Shown here: one piece after another, positions 47,927 through 56,572 of the stretch
Layout of the letters: the number at the start of each line of letters is the position of its first letter
Position numbering within the stretch: position 1 is the first letter of the stretch
From: Paracoccus sp. (in: a-proteobacteria)
GTDB lineage: Bacteria > Pseudomonadota > Alphaproteobacteria > Rhodobacterales > Rhodobacteraceae
Assembly: GCF_030538655.1 (NCBI RefSeq)
Contig: NZ_JAUNTO010000009.1
Location: forward strand, 12,487 to 76,486
Reading direction: 5' to 3'
Length of the DNA stretch: 64,000 nt
Made by a program: the position numbers and the translations under genes
Notes under the pieces: model-generated
The model's database searches: none
What the model was told of the DNA's origin: nothing
Seen by the model: the letters and a program-made list of their open reading frames with translations, nothing else

Positions 47927-48880
47927 TTACAGCCGCATCACCACCCGTTCCTCATACAGCCGCTGCACGTCGGCGGCGCGGCACAGTTCGGTCGCCGGCG
48001 TCATCACCGCGGCCGAGGCTGCCGCCGCGCCCAGGGCCAGTGCCTCGGGCACGGCCCATCCGCGCGCGGTGGCCAGCGTGAAACCGGCCACAAAGCTGTC
48101 GCCCGCGCCGACCTTGCTGCGCACCGGAACCAGCGCCGCTTCGGCGTGCCAGGCACCGTCGGGCCCCGCAATGACCGAGCCATCCTTGCCGCGCGCCACG
48201 ATCACCGATCTTGCCGCGCCGTCGCGAACCAGACCGGCGGCGAATGCGGCGCTGTCGCTGCGCAGGGGCAAGGTGTGCCCGGCCAGTGTCTCGGCCTCGA
48301 AACTGTCCATGCGCAGAACGTCAACCGGGGTTGACGATCCTGCAACGGTGCGCAGGGCCTCGCCCGAGGTATCGACGACCAGCCGGGCGGAACTGTCTTT
48401 CAGCCGCACCGCCAGCATCTGTGCGAAACCGGCCGGAACGCCGGGCGGGTTCGACCCCGACAGCACCACCCAGCCACCCGCCCGCGCGGCCTCGGCGATG
48501 GCGGACATGGCGTCGGCCACCTGCGTCTTGTGCCATTCCGGCCCCGGCATCACGAAACGGTATTGCGCGCCGCTGCTGCGGTCGGTGACGGCCAGCGATT
48601 GCCGGGTTTCGCCCGGCGCTGTCAGCCGCAGCACGTTCAGCCCGCCCGCGCGCAGCAGATCGGCGATACGCGTGCCCGTGGCCCCGCCCAAGGCGACCAG
48701 AGCGGTGGATTTGCCGTCCATCACCTTGATCGCGCGGCTGACATTGATGCCGCCGCCGCCGGGATCGACCACCGGCTTGTCGCAGCGCAGCTTGAGTTCG
48801 GGTTCCACCGTATCGGCGGCGCTGGACAGATCCAGTGCGGGATTCAGGGTAATCGTCAGGATCGGCGCCTGTTGGGTCAT
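47927..48880 (-). CDS. PfkB family sugar kinase (1-phosphofructokinase / tagatose-6-phosphate kinase-like)
   Basis: GGGGINVSR and GAGDSF motifs. Confidence 0.7.
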   Translation of the reverse strand: MTQQAPILTITLNPALDLSSAADTVEPELKLRCDKPVVDPGGGGINVSRAIKVMDGKSTALVALGGATGTRIADLLRAGGLNVLRLTAPGETRQSLAVTDRSSGAQYRFVMPGPEWHKTQVADAMSAIAEAARAGGWVVLSGSNPPGVPAGFAQMLAVRLKDSSARLVVDTSGEALRTVAGSSTPVDVLRMDSFEAETLAGHTLPLRSDSAAFAAGLVRDGAARSVIVARGKDGSVIAGPDGAWHAEAALVPVRSKVGAGDSFVAGFTLATARGWAVPEALALGAAAASAAVMTPATELCRAADVQRLYEERVVMRL

Positions 48881-48892
48881 GTCTCGATCCTC

Positions 48893-49300
48893 TTATTCCC
48901 ACCACTTGTCGATGCGGGCGATGTCATCGTCGGACCAGCCGAAATGATGCGCCAGTTCATGCGTGACGACATGGCCGACCAGATCGCCAAGGCTGACATC
49001 GCTGCGGCTGGCCCATTCATCCAGAATCGGGCGGCGGAACAGCCAGATCGTATCCGGCCCGCCCGGCTGATCGCTGACCGATTTTTCCGTCAGCGGGATG
49101 CCGTCATACAGTCCGGTCAGTTCGAACGCATCGTCGATTTCCAACTCGTCCAGCATGTCTTCGGATGCGAATTCATCGACGCGCAACGCCACATCGGCCG
49201 CGCCCGGCAGGAATTGTGGCGGCAAAGCGGCCAGCGCCTTGCGGGCCATCTCTTCGATCTCGGCGGCAGAGGGGGCGCGGGTCTCGGTCCAGTCGCTCAT
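48893..49300 (-). CDS. Zn-dependent metallopeptidase family protein (HExxH)
   Basis: THELAHHFG motif. Start moved to MSDWTE, which has an AAAGGGA RBS. Confidence 0.5.
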   Translation of the reverse strand: MSDWTETRAPSAAEIEEMARKALAALPPQFLPGAADVALRVDEFASEDMLDELEIDDAFELTGLYDGIPLTEKSVSDQPGGPDTIWLFRRPILDEWASRSDVSLGDLVGHVVTHELAHHFGWSDDDIARIDKWWE

Positions 49301-49379
49301 CTCGGTCCCTTTCGGTTTCGGCACCTCATATGGACAAAATCCGCAGCGTATGAAAGAGCGAAGCGGACAGGAGACGCCC

Positions 49380-50705
49380 ATGACCACCACTCGTTTCGCC
49401 CCTTCGCCCACCGGATACCTGCATATCGGCAACCTCCGGGCGGCGATGTTCAACTATCTGATCGCCCGCAAGGCTGGCGGCACCTTCATCCTGCGGCTGG
49501 ACGATACCGACCGCGAAAGGTCCAAACAGGAATATTCCGACGGAATCATGCGCGATCTGGAATGGCTGGGCCTGACCTGGGACCGGGTTGAGCGGCAATC
49601 CGACCGGCTGGATCGTTATGCCGCCGTGGCCGACGACCTGCGTGTCTCGGGCCGGCTGTATGAGGTGTTCGAGACCCCGACCGAACTGGACCTGAAACGG
49701 AAAAAGCTGCTGAATATGGGCCGCCCGCCGGTTTACGACCGTGCCGGGTTGGGCCTGCCCGATGAGGAAAAGGCCCGGCTGCGCGCCGAGGGGCGCGAAG
49801 GATACTGGCGCTTTCTGCTGGATCAGCAGCGGATCGAATGGGCCGATGGCATCCTGGGCGATATTTCGATTGATGCGGCCTCGGTCAGCGACCCGGTGCT
49901 GATCCGCGCCGACGGGCAGGTGCTGTATACCTTTGCCAGTTCGGTCGATGATGTGGATATGGGGGTGACCGACATCGTGCGCGGTGCCGACCATGTGACC
50001 AACACCGCCACGCAGATTCAGATCATTCAGGCCATCGGCGGCGGCTTGCCGAATTTCGCCCACCATTCATTGCTGACCGGCGCGCAGGGCGAAGAACTGT
50101 CGAAACGTCTTGGCACCCTGTCCTTGCGCGATCTGCGCGCCAATGGCGTCGCACCCGAGGCGCTGTTGTCGCTGATGGCGCGGCTTGGGTCCAGCCAGCC
50201 GGTGGAGTTGCGGATGTCTCTGGAAGAGATCGCCGAAGGCTTTGATCTGTCGCAATTCGGTGCCTCGCCGACGAAATTCGACGCCGAAGACCTGTGGCCG
50301 CTGACCCGCGAACGCAATCAGCGCCTGCCGTTCGAGGCTGTGCGTGATCGCGTGGCCGAACTGGGCGTGCCGGCTGATCTGGCCGAACGGTTCTGGCGCG
50401 TGGCCAGCCACAACATCACCAGGCTGGACGATCTGGCGGGCTGGTGGGAAATCTTCAGCAAGGGCGCCGATCCGGTGATCGACCCCGAAGATGCTGATTT
50501 CGTGGCGCAGGCAATGGCGCTGTTGCCCCAAGGGCCGTTCACCGATGCGACCTGGGGCGAATGGACCGCTGCCGTCAAAGAGGCGACGGGCCGCAAGGGC
50601 AAGGGCCTGTTCATGCCGCTGCGCAAGGCGCTGACGGGGCAGGCACATGGGCCGGAAATGGCCGATGTCATGCCACTGTTGCAGGTGGTGCGGGCGCGCG
50701 GCTGA
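49380..50705 (+). CDS. gltX: Glutamyl-tRNA synthetase
   Basis: FAPSPTGYLHIGNLR (HIGH motif) and KLSKR (KMSKS motif). RBS CAGGAGACG. Confidence 0.85.
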   Translation: MTTTRFAPSPTGYLHIGNLRAAMFNYLIARKAGGTFILRLDDTDRERSKQEYSDGIMRDLEWLGLTWDRVERQSDRLDRYAAVADDLRVSGRLYEVFETPTELDLKRKKLLNMGRPPVYDRAGLGLPDEEKARLRAEGREGYWRFLLDQQRIEWADGILGDISIDAASVSDPVLIRADGQVLYTFASSVDDVDMGVTDIVRGADHVTNTATQIQIIQAIGGGLPNFAHHSLLTGAQGEELSKRLGTLSLRDLRANGVAPEALLSLMARLGSSQPVELRMSLEEIAEGFDLSQFGASPTKFDAEDLWPLTRERNQRLPFEAVRDRVAELGVPADLAERFWRVASHNITRLDDLAGWWEIFSKGADPVIDPEDADFVAQAMALLPQGPFTDATWGEWTAAVKEATGRKGKGLFMPLRKALTGQAHGPEMADVMPLLQVVRARG

Positions 50706-50732
50706 CCGCACCCGCTGCGCCGGATTGCCCTG

Positions 50733-50770
50733 CCGGAGCCTCCGGCGGGGATATTTTACGACAGAAGATG
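50733..50770 (+). repeat. Palindromic repeat family, copy 7
   Basis: CCGGAGCCTCCGG hairpin, then CGGGGATATTTTACGACAGAAGATGC. Lies between the convergent gltX and phosphatase gene ends. Confidence 0.55.
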
Positions 50771-50774
50771 CCTG

Positions 50775-51341
50775 CTAGCTGCCGGTGATGCCGAGGGCGG
50801 GCTCCATCGCCTCCCACGTCATATCCATGGGCCAGGCGTGGCTGAGCCATGGGATGCCGACATGGCCATAGCGCGGCGACAGTTGCCATTCAGCGGCAAA
50901 TTCGCTGTGTTTTGCGATGCCCGCGACATAGAGGGCGGCGGCCAGCCCGGTGCGGTCGGCGCCGCTTTTGCAGTGGATCAGCAGCGGTTTGGGGGCGTCG
51001 CGCATCAGGGCGAGCAGGCGGTGTGCCTCGTCCGCGGTCAGTTCGCTGGCGGCTGACATGCGGAAATCGTAATGCGTGATGCTCAGGTCGGCACTGGCGC
51101 GGATTTCATCCTGATACCACGCCGTATCGGGGTTTGCGCCGCGCAGGTTGATGATGCTGGCGATACCGTGATCGCGCTGCATCTGCGCCAGATCGGCGGT
51201 GTCGGGCTGGGCCGAGCGATACAGTTCGCCCAGGATAACCGGGTGGGTATTGCCGCTGGCCAGCAGAAAGCCGAGCCAGCCGATTGCCACGGTCAATAAT
51301 GCGAGCGCCACCAAGCCCGCCCGCCGTGCCATCCGTTTCAT
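50775..51341 (-). CDS. Protein tyrosine/dual-specificity phosphatase family protein
   Basis: HCKSGADRTG CX5R catalytic loop. N-terminal TM/signal segment. Confidence 0.65.
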   Translation of the reverse strand: MKRMARRAGLVALALLTVAIGWLGFLLASGNTHPVILGELYRSAQPDTADLAQMQRDHGIASIINLRGANPDTAWYQDEIRASADLSITHYDFRMSAASELTADEAHRLLALMRDAPKPLLIHCKSGADRTGLAAALYVAGIAKHSEFAAEWQLSPRYGHVGIPWLSHAWPMDMTWEAMEPALGITGS

Positions 51342-51477
51342 CCTGATTTGCCTTTCGCTGCCGTGGCCGGTTTATCGCGCCGTGTGGCTGTGGCGCAAAG
51401 TCACGATTGCGTCGCCAGAATGGTCAGAAATGCCCTTGACGCCCCCCGCCGCTCGCCTTACATCCGCCGTCACCCGT

Positions 51478-51554
51478 GGCGGAGTAGCTCAGTTGGTTAG
51501 AGCAGAGGAATCATAATCCTTGTGTCGGGGGTTCAAATCCCTCCTCCGCTACCA
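51478..51554 (+). tRNA. tRNA with CAT anticodon (elongator tRNA-Met, or tRNA-Ile2 if lysidinylated)
   Basis: 77 nt cloverleaf GGCGGAG...CTCCGCT-A-CCA. Anticodon loop CATAAT with CAT. T-loop GGTTCAAATCC. CCA is encoded. Confidence 0.8.
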
Positions 51555-51661
51555 TTTTCCTCAATATACGATGATGTGTTCTGGCCGGGACTGTGTGACG
51601 CAGGGGCCGGGGTTTTCAGGCGGTGTGGCTGTGCCTATCTTTTCCTGAAAAGGAGACGCCC

Positions 51662-52120
51662 ATGCTGACACGTCGTAACCTGATGATGGCCGGTGCCGTG
51701 GCGGTGCTGATTCCTGCCGCGGCCCGTGCGCAAGTGCCTGCCGTTCATGTGCTGAAGGATCGCAATTGTGGCTGTTGCGGCGACTGGATCGCGGTGCTGC
51801 GACGCGATGGGTTCCACGTCACGGCCGAGGATGTCGCCCCCGAGGAGCTGGCGCGGTTCAAGGTTGCGGGCGGGATTCCGGCGCAGCTGACCTCGTGTCA
51901 CACCGCGCGGGTGGGCGGTTATCTGATCGAGGGCCATGTGCCACCCGCCGATATTCGCCGCCTGCTGGATCAGCGCCCCGATGCCGTCGGGCTGGCGGTG
52001 CCGGGGATGCCCTATGGTTCGCCGGGTATGGGGCCGGAAAACCAGCGCGAGGCGTATGACGTCTTGCTGGTCCGCCGCGATGGTCAGGCTGAGGTATTCA
52101 ACAGCTATCCCGCCGCGTAA
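51662..52120 (+). CDS. DUF411 family periplasmic metal-binding protein
   Basis: Signal peptide and a DUF411 Cys/His pattern (CGCCGDW...SCH). RBS AAAAGGAGACG. Confidence 0.55.
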   Translation: MLTRRNLMMAGAVAVLIPAAARAQVPAVHVLKDRNCGCCGDWIAVLRRDGFHVTAEDVAPEELARFKVAGGIPAQLTSCHTARVGGYLIEGHVPPADIRRLLDQRPDAVGLAVPGMPYGSPGMGPENQREAYDVLLVRRDGQAEVFNSYPAA

Positions 52121-52205
52121 TCCGTGGCGCGTGACATATCGTGTTTACGGGAATGTCACGAAATTTTTCTATGGAATCAGAGCAGTTCATCGTCGAAGGC
52201 CAGTC

Positions 52206-53996
52206 ATGACCCCACAGGACAGTCCGCAAACCCCGGCCCCGCAAGAGGTGTTCGACGATCTGGACCGGCTGGCCATGGCGGCGCTGGGGCGGTTGTCGGG
52301 CGGGCTGTCGGCTCCGGCGTTTCAGGCGGCGCTGGCCGACTGGATCACCCATCTGGCGATGTCGCCGGGCAAGCAGATGTCGCTTCAGTGGAAGGCGATG
52401 CGCAAGGCGCGGCGGCTGCTGGCGGGGCTGAACGACCCCATGGGCACCGAAGGCCAGCGGATCGAACCGTTGCCGCAGGACCACCGCTTTACCGCGCCGG
52501 AATGGCAAGAAATGCCGTTCAACGCCATCTGGCAATCGTTTCTGCTGACTCAGCAATGGTGGCACAACGCGACGACCGGGGTCAAAGGCGTGTCGCGCGA
52601 ACATGAACGCATCGTGGAATTTGCCAGCCGACAGTGGCTGGATATGCTGTCGCCGTCGAATTTCCCCTGGCTGAACCCGGTGGTGCTGAAACGTGCCCGC
52701 GAAACGCGGGGGCAAAGCCTGATGGACGGCTATGGCTTTTGGCTGCGCGATCTGGTCGGGCTGCTGACACCGCAGCGCGGCGGCCCCTTGCCGGGGTTCG
52801 AGCCGGGCAAACGGGTGGCGCTGACCCCCGGTCGCGTGGTGCTGCGCACCCGCATGATGGAGCTGATCCAATACGCGCCGACGACCGGGCAGGTGCACGC
52901 CACGCCGATCCTGCTGGTTCCGGCATGGATCATGAAATATTATATCCTTGATCTGTCACCTGAAAATTCGCTGATCCGTTGGCTGGTGGGGCAGGGGTTC
53001 ACGGTGTTCTGCATCTCATGGCGCAACCCGACCGAAAAGGATCGCGACACCGGGTTCGACGATTATCGTCAGGATGTGATGGCGGCGCTGGATGCCGTTC
53101 TGGCCACCACCGGCGCGGCCAAGGCGCATGGGCTGGGCTATTGCCTTGGCGGCACCTTGCTGACCGTGGCGGCGGCGGCGATGGCGCGTGATGGCGACGA
53201 CCGACTGGCCTCGATGACGATTCTGGCCGGGCAGGCCGATTTTTCCGAAGCGGGTGAACTGACGCTGCTGACAACCGAAGCGCAGGTCGCGCTGCTTGAG
53301 GCGATGATGTTCGAACGCGGCTATCTGGATCAGCGCGCCATGGCCGGGACGTTTTCCATGCTGCGGTCGCAGGATCTGATCTGGTCGCGTATCACCCGCG
53401 AATATCTGCTGGGCGAACGCGAAGACCCGTCCGACATCGCGGCGTGGAGCAAGGACACCACCCGGATGCCCTACCGGATGCATTCGGAATACCTGCGCCG
53501 CCTGTTCATCGGCAACGATCTGTCCGAGGGGCGGTTTGACGCGGGCGGCAAGCCGGTATTCCCCAATGACATCCGCATCCCCGCCTTTCTGGTTGGCACC
53601 GAACATGACCATATCGCGCCGTGGCGCTCGGTCTGGAAGCTGATGTATCTGCTGTCGGGGGATGTGCAGTTCGCGCTGGCCTCGGGCGGGCATAACACCG
53701 GGATCGTGGCCGCGCCGACGAATCCGCGCGCCAAATACCGGCTGGTCGGGCGCAAGGCTGGCGATCTGCAACCCGACCCGGATCAGTTTATCGCCAACAT
53801 GCCCAAGCAGCCCGGATCATGGTGGCAGGCATGGGCCGACTGGTTGTCTGCGCTGGACCCGGCGATGGGGGCGCCCCCGCCGATGGGGGGTGGAAAACTG
53901 CGCATGATGCAGCGCCGGGCCGTTATGTGCATGAATAAGTTGCGCTTTTGTCACGGCTTATGTGAAACTGTATCCGGCATGCGTTCTGTCGGGTGA
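52206..53996 (+). CDS. phaC: Class I poly(3-hydroxyalkanoate) polymerase
   Basis: PhaC N-domain and a GYCLGG lipase-box variant. The track ORF's N-terminal extension was rejected. Confidence 0.8.
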   Translation: MTPQDSPQTPAPQEVFDDLDRLAMAALGRLSGGLSAPAFQAALADWITHLAMSPGKQMSLQWKAMRKARRLLAGLNDPMGTEGQRIEPLPQDHRFTAPEWQEMPFNAIWQSFLLTQQWWHNATTGVKGVSREHERIVEFASRQWLDMLSPSNFPWLNPVVLKRARETRGQSLMDGYGFWLRDLVGLLTPQRGGPLPGFEPGKRVALTPGRVVLRTRMMELIQYAPTTGQVHATPILLVPAWIMKYYILDLSPENSLIRWLVGQGFTVFCISWRNPTEKDRDTGFDDYRQDVMAALDAVLATTGAAKAHGLGYCLGGTLLTVAAAAMARDGDDRLASMTILAGQADFSEAGELTLLTTEAQVALLEAMMFERGYLDQRAMAGTFSMLRSQDLIWSRITREYLLGEREDPSDIAAWSKDTTRMPYRMHSEYLRRLFIGNDLSEGRFDAGGKPVFPNDIRIPAFLVGTEHDHIAPWRSVWKLMYLLSGDVQFALASGGHNTGIVAAPTNPRAKYRLVGRKAGDLQPDPDQFIANMPKQPGSWWQAWADWLSALDPAMGAPPPMGGGKLRMMQRRAVMCMNKLRFCHGLCETVSGMRSVG

Positions 53997-54054
53997 TAGA
54001 CCGAAAGGTCTGGTTTACTGATTGGCGAGGCAATCTGTGCGAGGGACGAAAAAG

Positions 54055-54873
54055 ATGGATGACGGCGGCTTTGACAGACCGGCAACACCAGCCCGGTCCG
54101 CCGCGCATTTTCGCACGCTGTTTTTGTCCGACCTGCATCTGGGCGCGCTGGGCTGCAAGGCCGGGGGGCTGCTGGATTTCCTGAATGCCCACGACGCCGA
54201 GACGATCTATCTGGTTGGTGACATCATCGACACATGGCGCCCGCTGGGGGCCAACTGGCCCGAGGCGCATCATCAGGTGCTGCGCCTGCTGACGCGCCGT
54301 GCGCAGGCGGGGCGGCGGGTGGTGTATATTCCCGGCAACCACGACGCTTTTTTCCGGCATCATACCGGCACCACGATGCTTGGCTTTGACATCCTGCCGC
54401 ATGACACGCACCGCACCGCCGATGGTGTGCGCCTGCTGGTGACGCATGGCGATTGCTGCGACATCTTTTCTGATCGGCTCAGCATGTTGTCCAAGGCCGG
54501 CAGTTGGCTCGAGGCCGGTATCCGCCGCCTTGGTCATGGCATCAACGTCGTGCGTGAACGTCTGGGCCGCGATGGCTGGGACGGGCTGGAATCGGCGCTG
54601 GCGCGGTTTAACCGGCTGATCCGGTCGGGCGACAGGTTTCAGGACCGGCTGACCGACATGGCCCGTGCGCGTGGCTTTGACGGCATCGTCTGCGGCCATT
54701 TCCATAAACCGGCGCTGCACCGCAATCACGACATGCTGTATGTGAACTGCGGCGATTGGATCGAACATTGTTCCGCTGTCACCGAAAGCTTTGATGGCAC
54801 CTTGCGCCTGATCCGTTGGACTCCGCGACCCCGCCCCGAAAGCCAGACTGCGCAGGCAGAGGCCGTGGCATGA
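54055..54873 (+). CDS. Calcineurin-like metallophosphoesterase, PlcP-like phospholipase C candidate
   Basis: Motifs LSDLHLG, VGDIIDTW, IPGNHD and VTHGD. Translationally coupled to a GT21 gene. Confidence 0.55.
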   Translation: MDDGGFDRPATPARSAAHFRTLFLSDLHLGALGCKAGGLLDFLNAHDAETIYLVGDIIDTWRPLGANWPEAHHQVLRLLTRRAQAGRRVVYIPGNHDAFFRHHTGTTMLGFDILPHDTHRTADGVRLLVTHGDCCDIFSDRLSMLSKAGSWLEAGIRRLGHGINVVRERLGRDGWDGLESALARFNRLIRSGDRFQDRLTDMARARGFDGIVCGHFHKPALHRNHDMLYVNCGDWIEHCSAVTESFDGTLRLIRWTPRPRPESQTAQAEAVA

Positions 54874-56000
54874 CCATTCTGACAATCGTTCTGCTGCTGG
54901 TGGTTCTGGGCGCGCTGGGGCTGCATCTTTACAATGTTTATATGGTCGCGGACCGCCTGTCTTATCCGCCGGAAACGGTTGCGCCACAGGATATGCCGCC
55001 GGTGACGCTGCTGCGCCCGGTCTGCGGGCTGGAATATGCGCTGGAACGCAATCTGGAATCGGCCTTTCAACAGGATACGCCGGGATATGAGCTGATCCAC
55101 TGCGTCGATGATCCCGACGACGCTGCCATTCCGGTGCTGCGCCACCTGATGGAGACGTATCCGCACGTCAATGCCCGGCTGCTGATCGGGCGCAATCCGG
55201 TCTGCGGTAATCCCAAGCTGAACAATCTGGTCAAGGGCTGGGCGGAATGCACCGGCGACTGGGTGGTGATCGCGGACAGCAACCTGTTGCTGCCGCCCGA
55301 TTATTTGCGGCAGGTGCTGGCCTGCCGGGGGCCGGGGGTGGGCATGGTGTCCTCGCCCGGTGTCGGGATGGACGCGCATAACTTTTGGGCGCGGGTCGAG
55401 GCGGCCTTTCTGAACAGTTTTCAGGCCCGCTGGCTGCTAGGTGCCGACAGCATCGGCATCGGCTTTGCGCAGGGCAAGACGCTGGCCTATCCGCGCGCAT
55501 GGCTGAGCGACCGGGGCGGCATGATGGCGCTGGCTGGCAAAAAGGCCGAGGACATCGCCTCGACCCACCTGGTCCGGGGCGAAGGCTTGCGCGTGCGCAC
55601 CGTGCGCCGTCCCTTTGCGCAACTGCTGGGGCCGCGCACGGCGGGCGAGGTGTGGAACCGTCAGGCCCGTTGGGCGCAATTGCGGCGCGAGGGGTTTCCG
55701 GCGATCTACCCCTTGGAACCGCTTGGCGGGCCGGTGGCCAATGTGCTGATCCTGGCCTTTGCCTGGCCCGCCGCGATCCTGCCGTTTCTGCTGTTGTGGT
55801 ATGGCGGCGAATGGTATCTGGCCCGGCGCGCGGGCTGGGGGCACGGCGCGGCTGATCTGCTGGCGTGGATCATGCGCGATCTGTGGCAAGTGCCGATGTG
55901 GGCCATGGGCTGGCGGGATGCCCCCATCGTCTGGCGCGGCAATGCCGTGACCGAAACGCCCGGCGGCGGCGGCGCGCAAGGGGGCAAGGGGCAGGACTGA
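54870..56000 (+). CDS. GT21-like (ceramide glucosyltransferase / processive glycolipid glycosyltransferase family) membrane glycosyltransferase
   Basis: N-terminal TM segment, a D..D motif region, and RQARW (QxxRW) near the C-terminus. Confidence 0.6.
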   Translation: MTILTIVLLLVVLGALGLHLYNVYMVADRLSYPPETVAPQDMPPVTLLRPVCGLEYALERNLESAFQQDTPGYELIHCVDDPDDAAIPVLRHLMETYPHVNARLLIGRNPVCGNPKLNNLVKGWAECTGDWVVIADSNLLLPPDYLRQVLACRGPGVGMVSSPGVGMDAHNFWARVEAAFLNSFQARWLLGADSIGIGFAQGKTLAYPRAWLSDRGGMMALAGKKAEDIASTHLVRGEGLRVRTVRRPFAQLLGPRTAGEVWNRQARWAQLRREGFPAIYPLEPLGGPVANVLILAFAWPAAILPFLLLWYGGEWYLARRAGWGHGAADLLAWIMRDLWQVPMWAMGWRDAPIVWRGNAVTETPGGGGAQGGKGQD

Positions 56001-56572
56001 TGGATCTGGAAACGATCCGCGCCGTCATCCAAAGCTATGGCTTGGCGGTGCTGTTTCCCGTCGCCATTCTGGAAGGCCCGATCGTCACCGTCATTGCCGC
56101 ATGGTTCGCCCGGCAGGGCCTGATGAACATCGTCGGCGTCTATATCGTCTGCGTGGTGGCCGATGTGGTGGGCGATGCCGGGTTCTATTGGCTGGGCCGC
56201 CACGGGCTGCCGCCGCGCTGGCAGCGGCGGCTTGGCCTGACGCCGGAACGCCGCCGAGTGCTGAAACAGGTCTTTCGCGATCACGGTGCCCGCGCGCTGG
56301 TCATCGGCAAGCTGACTCACTCGGCCGGGGCGGCGGTGCTGCTGGCGGCGGGGGCCTCGCGCATGGGGTTCTGGCGCTTTGTGTGGTGGAACACGGTGGC
56401 GACCATCCCCAAGACGCTGCTGTTCACGGTGATCGGCTGGTCCTTTGGCTGGGCTGCCGAACAGGTGAACGGCTGGATCGCGGGCATATCGCTGGCCATG
56501 CTGGTGGTGATACTGCTGGCGGGCGGCTGGTGGCTGGCGCGGCGCTATGGCTCGGGCAGCGGGCTGGCGTGA
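56000..56572 (+). CDS. DedA/SNARE-associated family membrane protein
   Basis: DedA family pattern (LFPVAILEGPIVTVIAAW...). TGATG overlap with the GT21 gene. Confidence 0.65.
   Translation: MDLETIRAVIQSYGLAVLFPVAILEGPIVTVIAAWFARQGLMNIVGVYIVCVVADVVGDAGFYWLGRHGLPPRWQRRLGLTPERRRVLKQVFRDHGARALVIGKLTHSAGAAVLLAAGASRMGFWRFVWWNTVATIPKTLLFTVIGWSFGWAAEQVNGWIAGISLAMLVVILLAGGWWLARRYGSGSGLA

Noticed and set aside
991-50770. Interpreting the repeat family simply as Rho-independent terminators
   Set aside because: Several copies do sit at gene ends with a hairpin followed by ATATTT. However, one copy lies between divergent starts, one lies inside hrpB, and the tail is conserved far beyond what a terminator requires. 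A mobile or REP-like family is the better explanation, possibly with terminator activity as a by-product.
51478-51554. tRNA (CAT) as an integration hotspot for an adjacent island
   Set aside because: The flanking genes (phosphatase, DUF411, phaC) are ordinary chromosomal genes. There is no integrase and no direct repeat of the tRNA 3' end nearby.
51936-52205. N-terminal extension of phaC and of other genes (fabD 14850, fabG 15931, aminotransferase 34019, ycjX 40739, gltX 49098, GT2 56101, dedA 55865)
   Set aside because: The conserved protein N-termini start at internal Met codons that have plausible Shine-Dalgarno sequences. The extensions overlap neighbouring genes or repeat elements.
53962-53990. 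Pho box upstream of the plcP-like gene
   Set aside because: Only one half-site (TTGTCAC) is convincing, and the spacing of the second repeat is off by 2 nt. It is kept as a low-confidence finding rather than a feature.
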